Numbered from the stretch's first letter, positions 1-8,081 are shown. The stretch: DNA of 19,682 bases from Candidatus Fervidifonticultor quintus (GCA_031459535.1 JAVKIJ010000058.1:1-19682); one strand, 5' to 3'. Numbers and translations are program-made. Notes: generated from the sequence alone by a model not told the origin.

Positions 1-530
1 AGGGGCAGGTCCTCGACGACTTCCTTCCGCAGGAGCTTGAAAGCGCAGTCCACGTCCCGCACCCGGAGGCCGAACCACGCCCGCACCAGGAGGTTCCACA
101 GCCACCCGAACAGCCTTCGGTGCGGGGGGTCCCGGCGTCGGAGCCGGTAGCCCACCACCAGGTCCGCGGAGGCGGCGTGGGGCAGCAAACGCAACAGGTC
201 TCGGGGGTCGAACTGGCCGTCCCCGTCGGTGAAGAAGATCCACGGGTAGCGGGAGGCAGCGAAGCCGGTTCGCAGGGCCGCGCCGTAGCCGAGGTTGCGG
301 GGGTGGCTTGTTAGCCGGACCCGGGGGTCCTGTTGCGCCAGGCGGCGGCTCAGCTCCGCGGTGCGGTCCGTGCTCCCGTCGTCCACCACGATGACCTCGA
401 AGGGCACCCCGAGGCCCTCGAGGGTGCTCACCACCGCCCGCACCACGCGTTCCACGTTGCCCTCCTCGTTGTGACACGGGAGGAACGCGCTGATGCCGCC
501 GGCGATGGGCGGCGGGCTACCGCCGGGCAC
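1..530 (-). CDS. Glycosyltransferase family 2 (DPM1/GtrB-like polyprenol-phosphate glycosyltransferase), 3' end beyond the window edge
   Basis: Absent from the ORF track because there is no stop in the window. My translation from GTG at 530 (AGGAAA upstream) reads MPGGSPPPIAGGISAFLPCHNEEGNVERVV...FEVIVVDDGSTDRT...HPRNLGYGAALRTGF...WIFFTDGDGQFDP...DLVVGYR...VRDVDCAFKLLR. These are the typical GT2 motifs (PxxNE, VVDDGSxD, NxGxGxA, DxD). It overlaps the upstream gene stop by 14 nt. Confidence 0.93.
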   Translation of the reverse strand, partial: MPGGSPPPIAGGISAFLPCHNEEGNVERVVRAVVSTLEGLGVPFEVIVVDDGSTDRTAELSRRLAQQDPRVRLTSHPRNLGYGAALRTGFAASRYPWIFFTDGDGQFDPRDLLRLLPHAASADLVVGYRLRRRDPPHRRLFGWLWNLLVRAWFGLRVRDVDCAFKLLRKEVVEDLP

Positions 531-1380
531 GTGCCACTGCTTTCCTGACGTCTGAGACACTTTCCACTCCGCCGTCCTGGCGTGCGAGAACGGCTGCGAG
601 GGGCCAGCGCGACGCCACCTCGACGAGGGCGTCCGGCACCGCGTCGAAGGCTGGAAGCGGCAGACCGAGCACCAGCGAGGCGTCACCTGCGGCCGCCACG
701 AGGACCTGCGCGTCGTCGGTCAGGTCCAGGTCTGTCACCAGCACCCTGGGTCGCGCGTGAGTGAGAAGCCCGGAGGCCATCTCAAGGACCTCGTGCCGCC
801 CCCTGACCGGAGCCCATGCGGCGGGGCCGATGGACCTGTCAGGAACCCTACCTCTGCCTCCTATTCTGCCGTGTGGGTCAACGACGACGGTGGACAGGCC
901 CAGGATGGTGCTGGTGATGCTGGCGCTCTCTCTGAGGACGTGCTCGCGGGCCTCGGGGCTGCCCACTACGAGCACGGCTGTCCGCTGCTCGTGCACCGCG
1001 CGTTTGAGCGCATGGGCCAGCTGCTCGGTGTCGGGCTTCCTGTGGCGGTGCAGGTAGACCACCAGCCCGCGAGGGCCGGCGGGGGAGGTGAGGAGCATGC
1101 GGAAGTGCAGCTCGCCGTCGACGCCAGACATGCCGTCGTCACTCCAGGGGGCCATGGTCTCGACGGCCCGCTCCAGTTCCTCGGTGGAGAACCCACCGGC
1201 CAGCACGACCGCCCTGCCGCTATTGGTCCACAGCTGGGGCCCGCGGCCCAGCTCGCAGACGACCGCTTTCAGGGAGTCCTGGACTGCTACTGCAGCGTGG
1301 AGCAGCCTCGGGGGGAGGCCGGCCAGGGCTTTCTCCAGGCCGGCCTCCAGACGCTTGGTCTGCGCCTCGGACAGGCTCAC
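517..1380 (-). CDS. Degenerate Ycf45/SpoIIIAA-like AAA-family protein (probable pseudo-ATPase)
   Basis: Motifs match the Ycf45/R3H-AAA family in order: LPPRL, VVCELGRGP (~VVLDLGRxP), DDGMSGVDGELH (~DNRAGIERTLH), VLVVGSPEAREHVLRE (~ILLLGxPGVGKTTxLRE), TVVVDPHGRIGGRGRVPDRSIG (~VVIVDTSNEIAGDGDIPHPAIG) and PRVLVTDL (~PEVIVIDE). GTG start lies 2 nt after the secretin stop. Confidence 0.68.
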   Translation of the reverse strand: MSLSEAQTKRLEAGLEKALAGLPPRLLHAAVAVQDSLKAVVCELGRGPQLWTNSGRAVVLAGGFSTEELERAVETMAPWSDDGMSGVDGELHFRMLLTSPAGPRGLVVYLHRHRKPDTEQLAHALKRAVHEQRTAVLVVGSPEAREHVLRESASITSTILGLSTVVVDPHGRIGGRGRVPDRSIGPAAWAPVRGRHEVLEMASGLLTHARPRVLVTDLDLTDDAQVLVAAAGDASLVLGLPLPAFDAVPDALVEVASRWPLAAVLARQDGGVESVSDVRKAVARARR

Positions 1381-1382
1381 GG

Positions 1383-2933
1383 CTACCTGGAGGGGGCCGT
1401 GATCGGACCGGGGCTCACCACCCGCGGGGTGACGACCATGATCACCTCGACCCTCTCGGCCCGGTCTGTCGTGGTGCGGAACAGCGCCCCGAGAATGGGG
1501 AGGTCTCCCAGGAGCGGGAGCTTGACGGACGTGGTGGATTTGTTCTCCCCGATCAGCCCGCCGATGATCACCGGCGTGCTGTCCTGGACGACGAGCCGGG
1601 TCTGCACGGACCTCTGGCTGATGATGGGAGTGTCCTGGACGAACCCGCTCAGGGAGTTAGCCTCGGCGGCGAGGGTGAGCTCGACATTCCCGTCAGGCAG
1701 GATGCGGGGGGTAACCTGGAGGCGCATGCCCGCGTTCACGGTGGTGACGACCACCGTGTTGCCCTGCGCATCGCGGCTGAGGACGGGGACCTGGTCGCCC
1801 ACGGTGATGGTGGCCTGCTGGCCGGAGACGGTGAGCACTCTGGGTCTGCTTAGGACCCTGGCTCTGCCCTGGCTGGCCGCGGCGCGCAGGCGGGAGACTA
1901 CCTGGAAGGGGTCGAGGGTGCCCACAAGGCTGCCGTCTGGCTGTCTGGCAAGGGTGTAGACCGCGTCCAGGGTCCAGTCGATCCCGAGGGTCTGCTGGAC
2001 GTTGTCCTGGACGCTGAAGACTTCGGCCTCCACTACGAGCTGGGCGGTGGGGCGGTCGATAGTTTCCAGGACCTGGCGCACGCGGTCGTGCTGGGCCGGC
2101 GAGGCGGTGACCAGGAGGGCGTTCTGCGCGTCGTTGTAGGAGACCTGGATGTCCCTGACGTGGCTGGTCAGGATGCTGGCCACCGCGCTGGCCCTTGCGT
2201 GCCGGAGGGTGTAGAGCTCGGTGGTCGGCCCGGTGCTGCGGGGAGGTTGTGGCTGCTGGGTCTCCGAGGGGGGCTGAGCGGTGGCCTGGCTGTCCATCTG
2301 CCGGATAGCGGCGCCGATGAGGAAGGCCATGTGGGGCGTGGTGCGGACGACGATCTGGTTGGTGGCAGGGATGGCGGCGATGGCGACCGGGTTTGTCTGG
2401 GCTGCTTCTGCCTGCGTGGGGGGAGCCTGAGGTCGGGCGGGGGCGCCGGTAGGGGCAGGAGAAGCAGCAGGCTGTGGCTGGACGCCTTGGCCGAACAGGC
2501 TGGACAGGGCCCTGGCGACCTCTTCGGCGGCGGCGTGAGTGAGGCGCCACACGCGGAGGACGGTGCCGTCCCAGCCGGGTGGGGTGGCAAATCCACGCGC
2601 TGCGGCCGCAGGTCGCGAGGCGACGTACACTCCGGGGGCGGCCTCGCGGACGAGGAGCCCGTAGGCGTGCTCGATCACGTCCCACGCGGTTCGCATGGGG
2701 ACCTGGTTCAGGTGGATGGTGGCTCGGGCGTCCTGGGGGACGGTGCTGTCCACGGTGATGCTGACGCCGGCTGCCCTTGCCACCGCTTGCAGCAGAGCGG
2801 GCAGGGGCGCGGAGACGACAGAGACGGTGATGACTGGGACATGGGCCCGCTGAGCGGGCGAGGCGGGCAAGGCCGCCGCCAGCACGAGGGCGACGGCGAG
2901 GCTGAGTGCGGCACTGCTCCTCTTGTTTCTCAT
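1383..2933 (-). CDS. pilQ: Secretin (PilQ/GspD family), 516 aa
   Basis: True start is ATG 2933 (GGAGGGAGG RBS, ATGA overlap with the upstream stop), not 3509. Contains a signal peptide (MRNKRSSAALSLAVALVLAAALPA), an N0/STN-like domain, two N-type domains (VWRLTHAAAEEVARAL; LYTLRHARASAVASIL...NALLV) and the secretin domain (VLSRPRVLT, GMRLQVTPRI, PLLGDLPILGALFR, IMVVTPRVV). Confidence 0.93.
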   Translation of the reverse strand: MRNKRSSAALSLAVALVLAAALPASPAQRAHVPVITVSVVSAPLPALLQAVARAAGVSITVDSTVPQDARATIHLNQVPMRTAWDVIEHAYGLLVREAAPGVYVASRPAAAARGFATPPGWDGTVLRVWRLTHAAAEEVARALSSLFGQGVQPQPAASPAPTGAPARPQAPPTQAEAAQTNPVAIAAIPATNQIVVRTTPHMAFLIGAAIRQMDSQATAQPPSETQQPQPPRSTGPTTELYTLRHARASAVASILTSHVRDIQVSYNDAQNALLVTASPAQHDRVRQVLETIDRPTAQLVVEAEVFSVQDNVQQTLGIDWTLDAVYTLARQPDGSLVGTLDPFQVVSRLRAAASQGRARVLSRPRVLTVSGQQATITVGDQVPVLSRDAQGNTVVVTTVNAGMRLQVTPRILPDGNVELTLAAEANSLSGFVQDTPIISQRSVQTRLVVQDSTPVIIGGLIGENKSTTSVKLPLLGDLPILGALFRTTTDRAERVEVIMVVTPRVVSPGPITAPSR

Positions 2934-3499
2934 GGACCGGTCCTCCCTCCCGGCTCGAGTCTCTGGACGTTTCTCAGTGTCCCGTGGGTTCCGACCCGTA
3001 TCTGGACGCGTTCCGGGGTCGCGCTCACAATGCGCACCCCCGCTGTGGCCTGTCCTCGCTGTACCACGTGGAGATGGCCGTCTACGCGGAGGATGACAAA
3101 CGTGCCTGCGGGGCCTTCCACCAGCCCGAGGTACTCGACGGCCGGGCCGGCGGGCGGCTGTGCCGTCCGCGGCGCGGGTGAGGGTTGCAAGGGTGGGGGC
3201 GGCGGGAGCACCCCGGGCAGGGGTAGCGGTGGGAAGGCAGGCTGCGCTGGCAGGGCTGTGGCGGCTGTGCTGGCGCGTTCGAGCTCCCGCCAGGCGGCTG
3301 GGGGGACGGTGGGGTCTCTCCTGCGGGATCGCGCCAGCCCGGGCGCCGGGGACGGGTTGCCCGACGGCTGCGGTCGGGAGGAAACCACGTCGCGGGCTGG
3401 ACCGGGGTCCCCCGGCGCCCGGGGCGGCGCGGGCAGCGCGGTGGCTGTGGCTGCCAGCATGGCTGCGGTCAGTACCGACGCGGCAAGCGACCTCTTCAT
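2930..3499 (-). CDS. PilP/GspC-like exported alignment protein with Pro-rich linker
   Basis: Signal-like N-terminus, long Pro-rich linker and a C-terminal beta domain (VEYLGLVEGPAGTFVILRVDGHLHVVQRGQ...VRIVSATPERVQI) like the PilP/GspC-HR fold. Sits between pilO and pilQ with ATGA overlaps on both sides. Confidence 0.7.
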   Translation of the reverse strand: MKRSLAASVLTAAMLAATATALPAPPRAPGDPGPARDVVSSRPQPSGNPSPAPGLARSRRRDPTVPPAAWRELERASTAATALPAQPAFPPLPLPGVLPPPPPLQPSPAPRTAQPPAGPAVEYLGLVEGPAGTFVILRVDGHLHVVQRGQATAGVRIVSATPERVQIRVGTHGTLRNVQRLEPGGRTGP

Positions 3500-4011
3500 C
3501 GCGTCCCACCTCCGGGAGTCTGTTCGAAGACCAGGGAGACGACAGCGCGTACGTGGACCAGCCCGGGCCTGGATGGGACGCGGGACAGCGCTACTTCTTC
3601 CAGGACCGCGTAGGGAAGCCCGGAGAGGTCGGCGAGGAGGCTGACGGCGCCGTCGTAGGTGGTCTGCGTACTGGCTGTCAGGGGAACACGGGTTGCGAGC
3701 GGCCCCTCTCCGCTGGGGAACGCCTGTGGCGTTCCGGTCACGACGGAATACCCCGGCGTGGCGGGCAGCATGGAGGCGACCTGGCTTACGCGTTCCTGGA
3801 GCCTGGAGAGGGGCGGGAGCCTGGGGGGGGCGGTCCCCTCGAGTTCACGCAGCTGGGCGGTGGCTTGTGAGATCTCGCTTTCCAGCCGTGCTCGCTCTGC
3901 CGTGAGGCGCTGGATGTCGGCGGAGGCCGGCTGGGAGATGGTGGTGTGCACGAGCGCCGCGGCGGCGCTGAGCAAGAGGGAGATCAGGTATAGAAGTCGC
4001 TGCCTGCTCAC
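3496..4011 (-). CDS. pilO: PilO/GspM-like inner-membrane protein
   Basis: Single N-terminal TM, coiled coil (IQRLTAERARLESEI), then a ferredoxin-like pattern (RVPLTAS...TYDGAVSLLADLSGLPYAVLEEVAL). Located directly after pilMN with a GTGA overlap. Confidence 0.72.
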   Translation of the reverse strand: MSRQRLLYLISLLLSAAAALVHTTISQPASADIQRLTAERARLESEISQATAQLRELEGTAPPRLPPLSRLQERVSQVASMLPATPGYSVVTGTPQAFPSGEGPLATRVPLTASTQTTYDGAVSLLADLSGLPYAVLEEVALSRVPSRPGLVHVRAVVSLVFEQTPGGGTR

Positions 4012-5327
4012 CGGGCCTCACTCCCCTCAGGCGTGCGTGCAGGGGTACGGGAGGGCGTCCCCTGGCTGGATGTCTGGATGGTGAAGGCGTAGAACGGGCC
4101 TGGCTTCTGGTCCACGGCCAGGTCGATCCGCGTCAGAACTGCGCCTGGCCAGACTGTGCGGAATGCCCCGGCAAACCGGAGTACGGAGTCCCTTGAGAGA
4201 GACTTCCCGCGGACGGACGTCGAGTTGCTGCGGGCTTCTACCTGTTCGATCCAGAGGTCGTCCGGTACGAGGTCGCTCAGCTGGCCCAGAAACTGGACGG
4301 GTACGCGCTCCTGTTGTAGCCTGGTCATTGTTTCTCTGGCCGCCTGCGCTGCCGGCCCTGTCCACAGGCGCAGACGGGCCTGCAGCTGGTCGTGCTGCGC
4401 GGTGAGGCTGGCGACCTGTTTGCGGAGGGCGTCTGCGGCGGACGTCTGGCTGCCAGCGTGGACGACCGAGGCGACCAGCAGTAGGGCAGCCGTGGCCGCG
4501 GCTGCCCTGGCCACGCGGGGGGGTGGGCCCGACAGGGCGGGCAGGAAGTCCCCGGCCTGTCCTCTCGGGCGACGGGACGCGCCAGTGGCCACTGCGGCGG
4601 CTGCGGAGTCGAAGTGGACGACCTCGGCCACCTCAATGTGCCTGGCCCGCAGCGCCGGTGCCAGGGCCTCGACGGTCGGTCCCAGGAGGGTGACCGAGAT
4701 CGCCTGTGCTCCCTCACGTTCCAGGTACCTGACCGTCAACTCCACCTCGGCTGTGAGGTCCTCAGGACGCCTGGCGGCGGCGGACCGGGACAGGACAGGG
4801 ACCCCGGCCTGCCCGGCTGCGATTTCGCACCCGGTGCTGCTGGCAGCGACGACGACGGTGGTGCCTCTGGAGGCTGGAGCGAGGCGCAGCAGAGACAGCG
4901 CCGCCGGCTCCACGGCCTCCAGGCGGAGTCCGGAGGCCCTGCACGCGGCATCCAGGTTGCGCAGCGTGTCAAGCGATGTCACGCACACCCAGACCGGGCC
5001 CGATCTGTGCCCGCCGGAGACCACCACCGGGGTGCCCTCCTGTATGAGCTCTGCGGCTGCTGTTTTCTGCCAGTCAGGTGAGCTCGGTGGCTGGGGGTGG
5101 GAGCGCAGGGGGGCGGCCTGCGCGGGCAGGGCCACCGTCACCGCGAGTTCCCGGGCGGACGCGTGGGCCTTGAGGGACGCTACCAGGGCGGTCCACTGTT
5201 CCAGGTCGAGCTGGTCGACGAGCATGGGGGCCTGAGTGGTGTGCACGCGCCCCTGGGTTACCAGGGCTGCCTCCCCGGCGGCGATGGCGATGGCCGCACG
5301 TGCGGCGGACCTGTTGAGTCCGAGCAT
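4008..5327 (-). CDS. PilM-PilN fusion (GspL-like architecture)
   Basis: N-terminal ~250 aa has PilM-like segments (GLRLEAVEPAALSLLRLA; TVVVAASSTGCEIAAGQAGVPVLSRS; LTAEVELTVRY). These are followed by a TM, a coiled coil and a PilN-type domain (LSDLVPDDLWIEQVEARSNSTSVRGKSLSRDSVLRFA). The frame is uninterrupted. Confidence 0.78.
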   Translation of the reverse strand: MLGLNRSAARAAIAIAAGEAALVTQGRVHTTQAPMLVDQLDLEQWTALVASLKAHASARELAVTVALPAQAAPLRSHPQPPSSPDWQKTAAAELIQEGTPVVVSGGHRSGPVWVCVTSLDTLRNLDAACRASGLRLEAVEPAALSLLRLAPASRGTTVVVAASSTGCEIAAGQAGVPVLSRSAAARRPEDLTAEVELTVRYLEREGAQAISVTLLGPTVEALAPALRARHIEVAEVVHFDSAAAAVATGASRRPRGQAGDFLPALSGPPPRVARAAAATAALLLVASVVHAGSQTSAADALRKQVASLTAQHDQLQARLRLWTGPAAQAARETMTRLQQERVPVQFLGQLSDLVPDDLWIEQVEARSNSTSVRGKSLSRDSVLRFAGAFRTVWPGAVLTRIDLAVDQKPGPFYAFTIQTSSQGTPSRTPARTPEGSEAR

Positions 5328-5340
5328 GGCTGTGCCCTGG

Positions 5341-6528
5341 CTACTGGACGGTGCGGAGCAGGGTGTAGACCGTGCCGGAGCCGACCTCCGTCACGTGCCA
5401 CTCCAGTGAGAGGACTCCGCCGCGGTCCTGCTGGACGGCGATGGTCCCGGCCTCGGTGTCGCCCGGATTGACGCGGCCCGCGTACCCGGACGGGTTGACG
5501 CGGGTCACGACGAGCCGCACAGGCTGGCCGTCAGAGGTCGCTCTGAGCTTCAGGAGGTCGGTGAGCAGGGTCCTCTGGCCGTTGTTGGTGAGGGTGTAGT
5601 GGAGCACCGTGCCGGAGGGGGTCCGCTGGACGGTGACCTGCCAGTCGATCCAGTCGGGACCGCTCCCGGCCTGCGGCGGCTGCTGTGCCGGCTGTCCGTG
5701 CGGGTTTGTGGGCTTCTGCGGGTCCGGGGTACCGCCCGGCTGGGCTGCCTGCTGTGCCGGCTGGCCCCTCGGGCCTGTAGCTTGCTGGGGCTGCTGGCGG
5801 TCCTGCTGGGCCGCGCTGTTCTGGGGGGGCTGGGGCTGCAGGCCCCTCAGGCGGGCCAGTCGGAGGAAGGTGTCGCGCTGCTGTGGCGACAGGGCCTGGA
5901 GGAACTCGAACAGCCTGGCCAGGCTGAGCTCTCTCATAAGGTTCAGCAGCAGGGCCTGCTGGGCAGGTGTGAGGGTGGCGACGAACCGGTCCCACTCGGT
6001 AGCCGCCTGGGGTTGCTGCGGCTGGGGTGCTGCGGGCGACGGCCTCGGGGTGGGCTGGGTAGCTGGTGTCCTGGCCGCGACCTGGGTCGCGGGCCTGCGG
6101 GGCTGCTCTCCGGTGGACGGCTTTGCGGTTTCCTGAGTGTCCGTCTCCGACGGTGCGGTGCTCGTGATGAGGTACTTGTGGGTGGTTCTGGGCTGGCTGG
6201 CCACGCGGACACGGAACAGGGCCCGCACGTCTCCCACGGAGACCACGATGTCTGTTGCTCCGCTACCGGTGCGTGGCCGGAGGATGACGGTGCCGCCGGT
6301 GACGTCTACGAGCTGGACGACCGAGGGGTTGCCGGTGGCCACGGCGTTGACAGCGTCCTCGAACTCGAGGATGGTCAGGAACCCGGGTACCAGCAGGATT
6401 TCTGCGGGGCGCTGGGCGACGCGCTGGAGGTACAGTCTCACGGTCTGGGCGCTGACGGCGCCGGGGACGGAGACGAGCGCCAGCGCTACGGTGGCGGCCA
6501 GTGCGATGGTGGTTGCCTTTCTGCGCAT
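5341..6528 (-). CDS. Exported multidomain protein (beta-rich N domain, helical middle, Ig-like C domain, Pro/Gln linkers); function unknown
   Basis: AGGAGG RBS and Sec signal peptide (MRRKATTIALAATVALALVSVPGAVSA). The N-domain EILLVPGFLTILEFEDAVNAVATGNPSVVQL...GTVILRP resembles VirB9/TraK or RcpA-N type domains. The C-domain contains LHYTLTNNG...GRVNPGDTEAGTI. Confidence 0.8.
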   Translation of the reverse strand: MRRKATTIALAATVALALVSVPGAVSAQTVRLYLQRVAQRPAEILLVPGFLTILEFEDAVNAVATGNPSVVQLVDVTGGTVILRPRTGSGATDIVVSVGDVRALFRVRVASQPRTTHKYLITSTAPSETDTQETAKPSTGEQPRRPATQVAARTPATQPTPRPSPAAPQPQQPQAATEWDRFVATLTPAQQALLLNLMRELSLARLFEFLQALSPQQRDTFLRLARLRGLQPQPPQNSAAQQDRQQPQQATGPRGQPAQQAAQPGGTPDPQKPTNPHGQPAQQPPQAGSGPDWIDWQVTVQRTPSGTVLHYTLTNNGQRTLLTDLLKLRATSDGQPVRLVVTRVNPSGYAGRVNPGDTEAGTIAVQQDRGGVLSLEWHVTEVGSGTVYTLLRTVQ

Positions 6529-6552
6529 GTTGCCCTCCTGAGTCCCTCCCGA

Positions 6553-7683
6553 TCACCCGGAGGGGAGGTTGATTGTGCGCCGCAGCCGCAGGAGCCGCTC
6601 TTGGAACTCCTGCGGTCTGAGCGCGGCCGCTTTTGCCACCTCCTCTTCGACCGTGCCCTGGACGACGAGCCGCGCCAGGCTCTCCTCCATGGGCATGGAC
6701 CCGTGTTCAGCGTCGATCTGGATCTGGCTGGCGAGCTGGTGGTAGTTGCCGTTCCGGATGAGGGCGCGTGCCCCGGCGGTGCCTGCCAGGACCTCGAATG
6801 CGGCCACGCGTGTTCTGAGCGGGGTCAGGTGGTCGTACTGGTCCGATACACCTGCCCGCGGAAGGAGGATCTGGGTGACTATCCCTATCAGGGTTGCGGC
6901 TAGCTGGACACGGGCCTGGGCCTGGTCGCTGGCCGGGAGGGCGTCGACGATTCTGGAAGGCACCTCCAGAGCGGAAGACGTGTGCAGGGTCGCCAGGACC
7001 AGGTGCCCTGCCTCCGCGATGGAGAGGGCAGCCTGCATGCTTTCCGGGTCCCGCATCTCACCGATCAGGATCACGTCCGGGTCTTCCCGCACGACTGCGT
7101 GCAGGGCGGAGGCGAAGTTTCGGGTGTCGCGTCCCACCTGCCGCTGTGTGACGGTGGCCATGCGGGGCTCGTACCGGTACTCGATGGGGTCCTCAATCGT
7201 GACGATGTGGCAGGCTCTGGTCTCTGTGATGTGTCGGATGACCGATGCCAGGGTAGTGGTCTTACCGGCCCCCGTGGGGCCGCTGACCAGCAGGAGCCCG
7301 CTCCTCCTGGCCGCCCAGGTGCGGACCACCTCCGGGACGCCCAGCTCGTCCATGGAGGGTACCGAGTCCTGGAGCCGGCGCAGGGCCACTGCGGGCATGC
7401 CCCCGCACCAGTACGCGTGCACCCGCCAGAGGGCGTTGGCGGCTTGAGCCGAGCCGTCCACCTCGTGCCGGTTGAGGAACTCGACGAACGGCCCTCTGCC
7501 GACGAGCTGCTCCACGAGGTCCAGAAGCGCGTCTTCCTCGACGACGACCGTGTCGAGCCGGACCATGTTGCCGGCCACACGGAGGGCGACCGGCGCATCG
7601 CACCGGAGGTGCACGTCGCTTGCGCCCAGGGCCACCGCGCGTTCCAGGACGGTGTCGATTACGGACAGCTGTGTTGCGGCCAT
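6553..7683 (-). CDS. pilT: Type IV pilus retraction ATPase PilT/PilU family
   Basis: GASDVHL, Walker A GPTGAGKTT, Asp box TIEDPIEY, Walker B REDPDVILIGEMRD, His box GHLVLATLHT, and ARALIRNG at the AIRNLIRE position. GGAGGAGG RBS. Confidence 0.95.
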   Translation of the reverse strand: MAATQLSVIDTVLERAVALGASDVHLRCDAPVALRVAGNMVRLDTVVVEEDALLDLVEQLVGRGPFVEFLNRHEVDGSAQAANALWRVHAYWCGGMPAVALRRLQDSVPSMDELGVPEVVRTWAARRSGLLLVSGPTGAGKTTTLASVIRHITETRACHIVTIEDPIEYRYEPRMATVTQRQVGRDTRNFASALHAVVREDPDVILIGEMRDPESMQAALSIAEAGHLVLATLHTSSALEVPSRIVDALPASDQAQARVQLAATLIGIVTQILLPRAGVSDQYDHLTPLRTRVAAFEVLAGTAGARALIRNGNYHQLASQIQIDAEHGSMPMEESLARLVVQGTVEEEVAKAAALRPQEFQERLLRLRRTINLPSG

Positions 7684-7692
7684 GTCCTCCTC

Positions 7693-8064
7693 CTACGGGC
7701 AGATGGGGACGGACACGCCCTGGGTGAGCCACACGGTCCACCTCTGGGTGCCCCCTGGTCTCCAGGACACGCCGATGTTGTTGCCCTGCTGTTGGTAGTC
7801 GAAGTCCACGGGCCACTGGCCGCCGACGTATGCGGCCAGCCCGGAGGGCATGGTGTTGGGACCTACCTCTCTCGGGTAGCACTCGTTCGTCATGTAATAA
7901 GCGCTGATGGCGGCGAGGAGGCTGGCCGCCGTGCTGCGCGCGGCGTCTTCCTGGGCGGTGGCCCGGCTGGCTCCGAAGCGCGGGACGATGAACGAGGCAA
8001 TGACGGCCACGACGGCCAGCACGACGACGAGCTCGACCAGGCTGAACCCGCTCTGCCTGTGCAT
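7693..8064 (-). CDS. Type IV prepilin-like protein, 123 aa
   Basis: True start ATG 8064 (GGAGGT RBS). MHRQSG|FSLVELVVVLAVVAVIA is a class III signal with E5. Two Cys, including a C-terminal CP. Confidence 0.92.
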   Translation of the reverse strand: MHRQSGFSLVELVVVLAVVAVIASFIVPRFGASRATAQEDAARSTAASLLAAISAYYMTNECYPREVGPNTMPSGLAAYVGGQWPVDFDYQQQGNNIGVSWRPGGTQRWTVWLTQGVSVPICP

Positions 8065-8081
8065 GCCTGCACCTCCAGCGG

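Noticed and set aside
545-556. TGAC followed by GTCT (also near 6300) as a potential TnpB self-target
   Set aside because: Only 4 nt match the guide after the TAM, which is expected by chance.
2934-3509. 192-aa N-terminal extension of the secretin in the ORF track; similar extensions on pilC (to 9961) and the pilins (to 8325 and 9098)
   Set aside because: They overlap real upstream genes in another frame. RBS, signal peptides and ATGA coupling identify the shorter starts.
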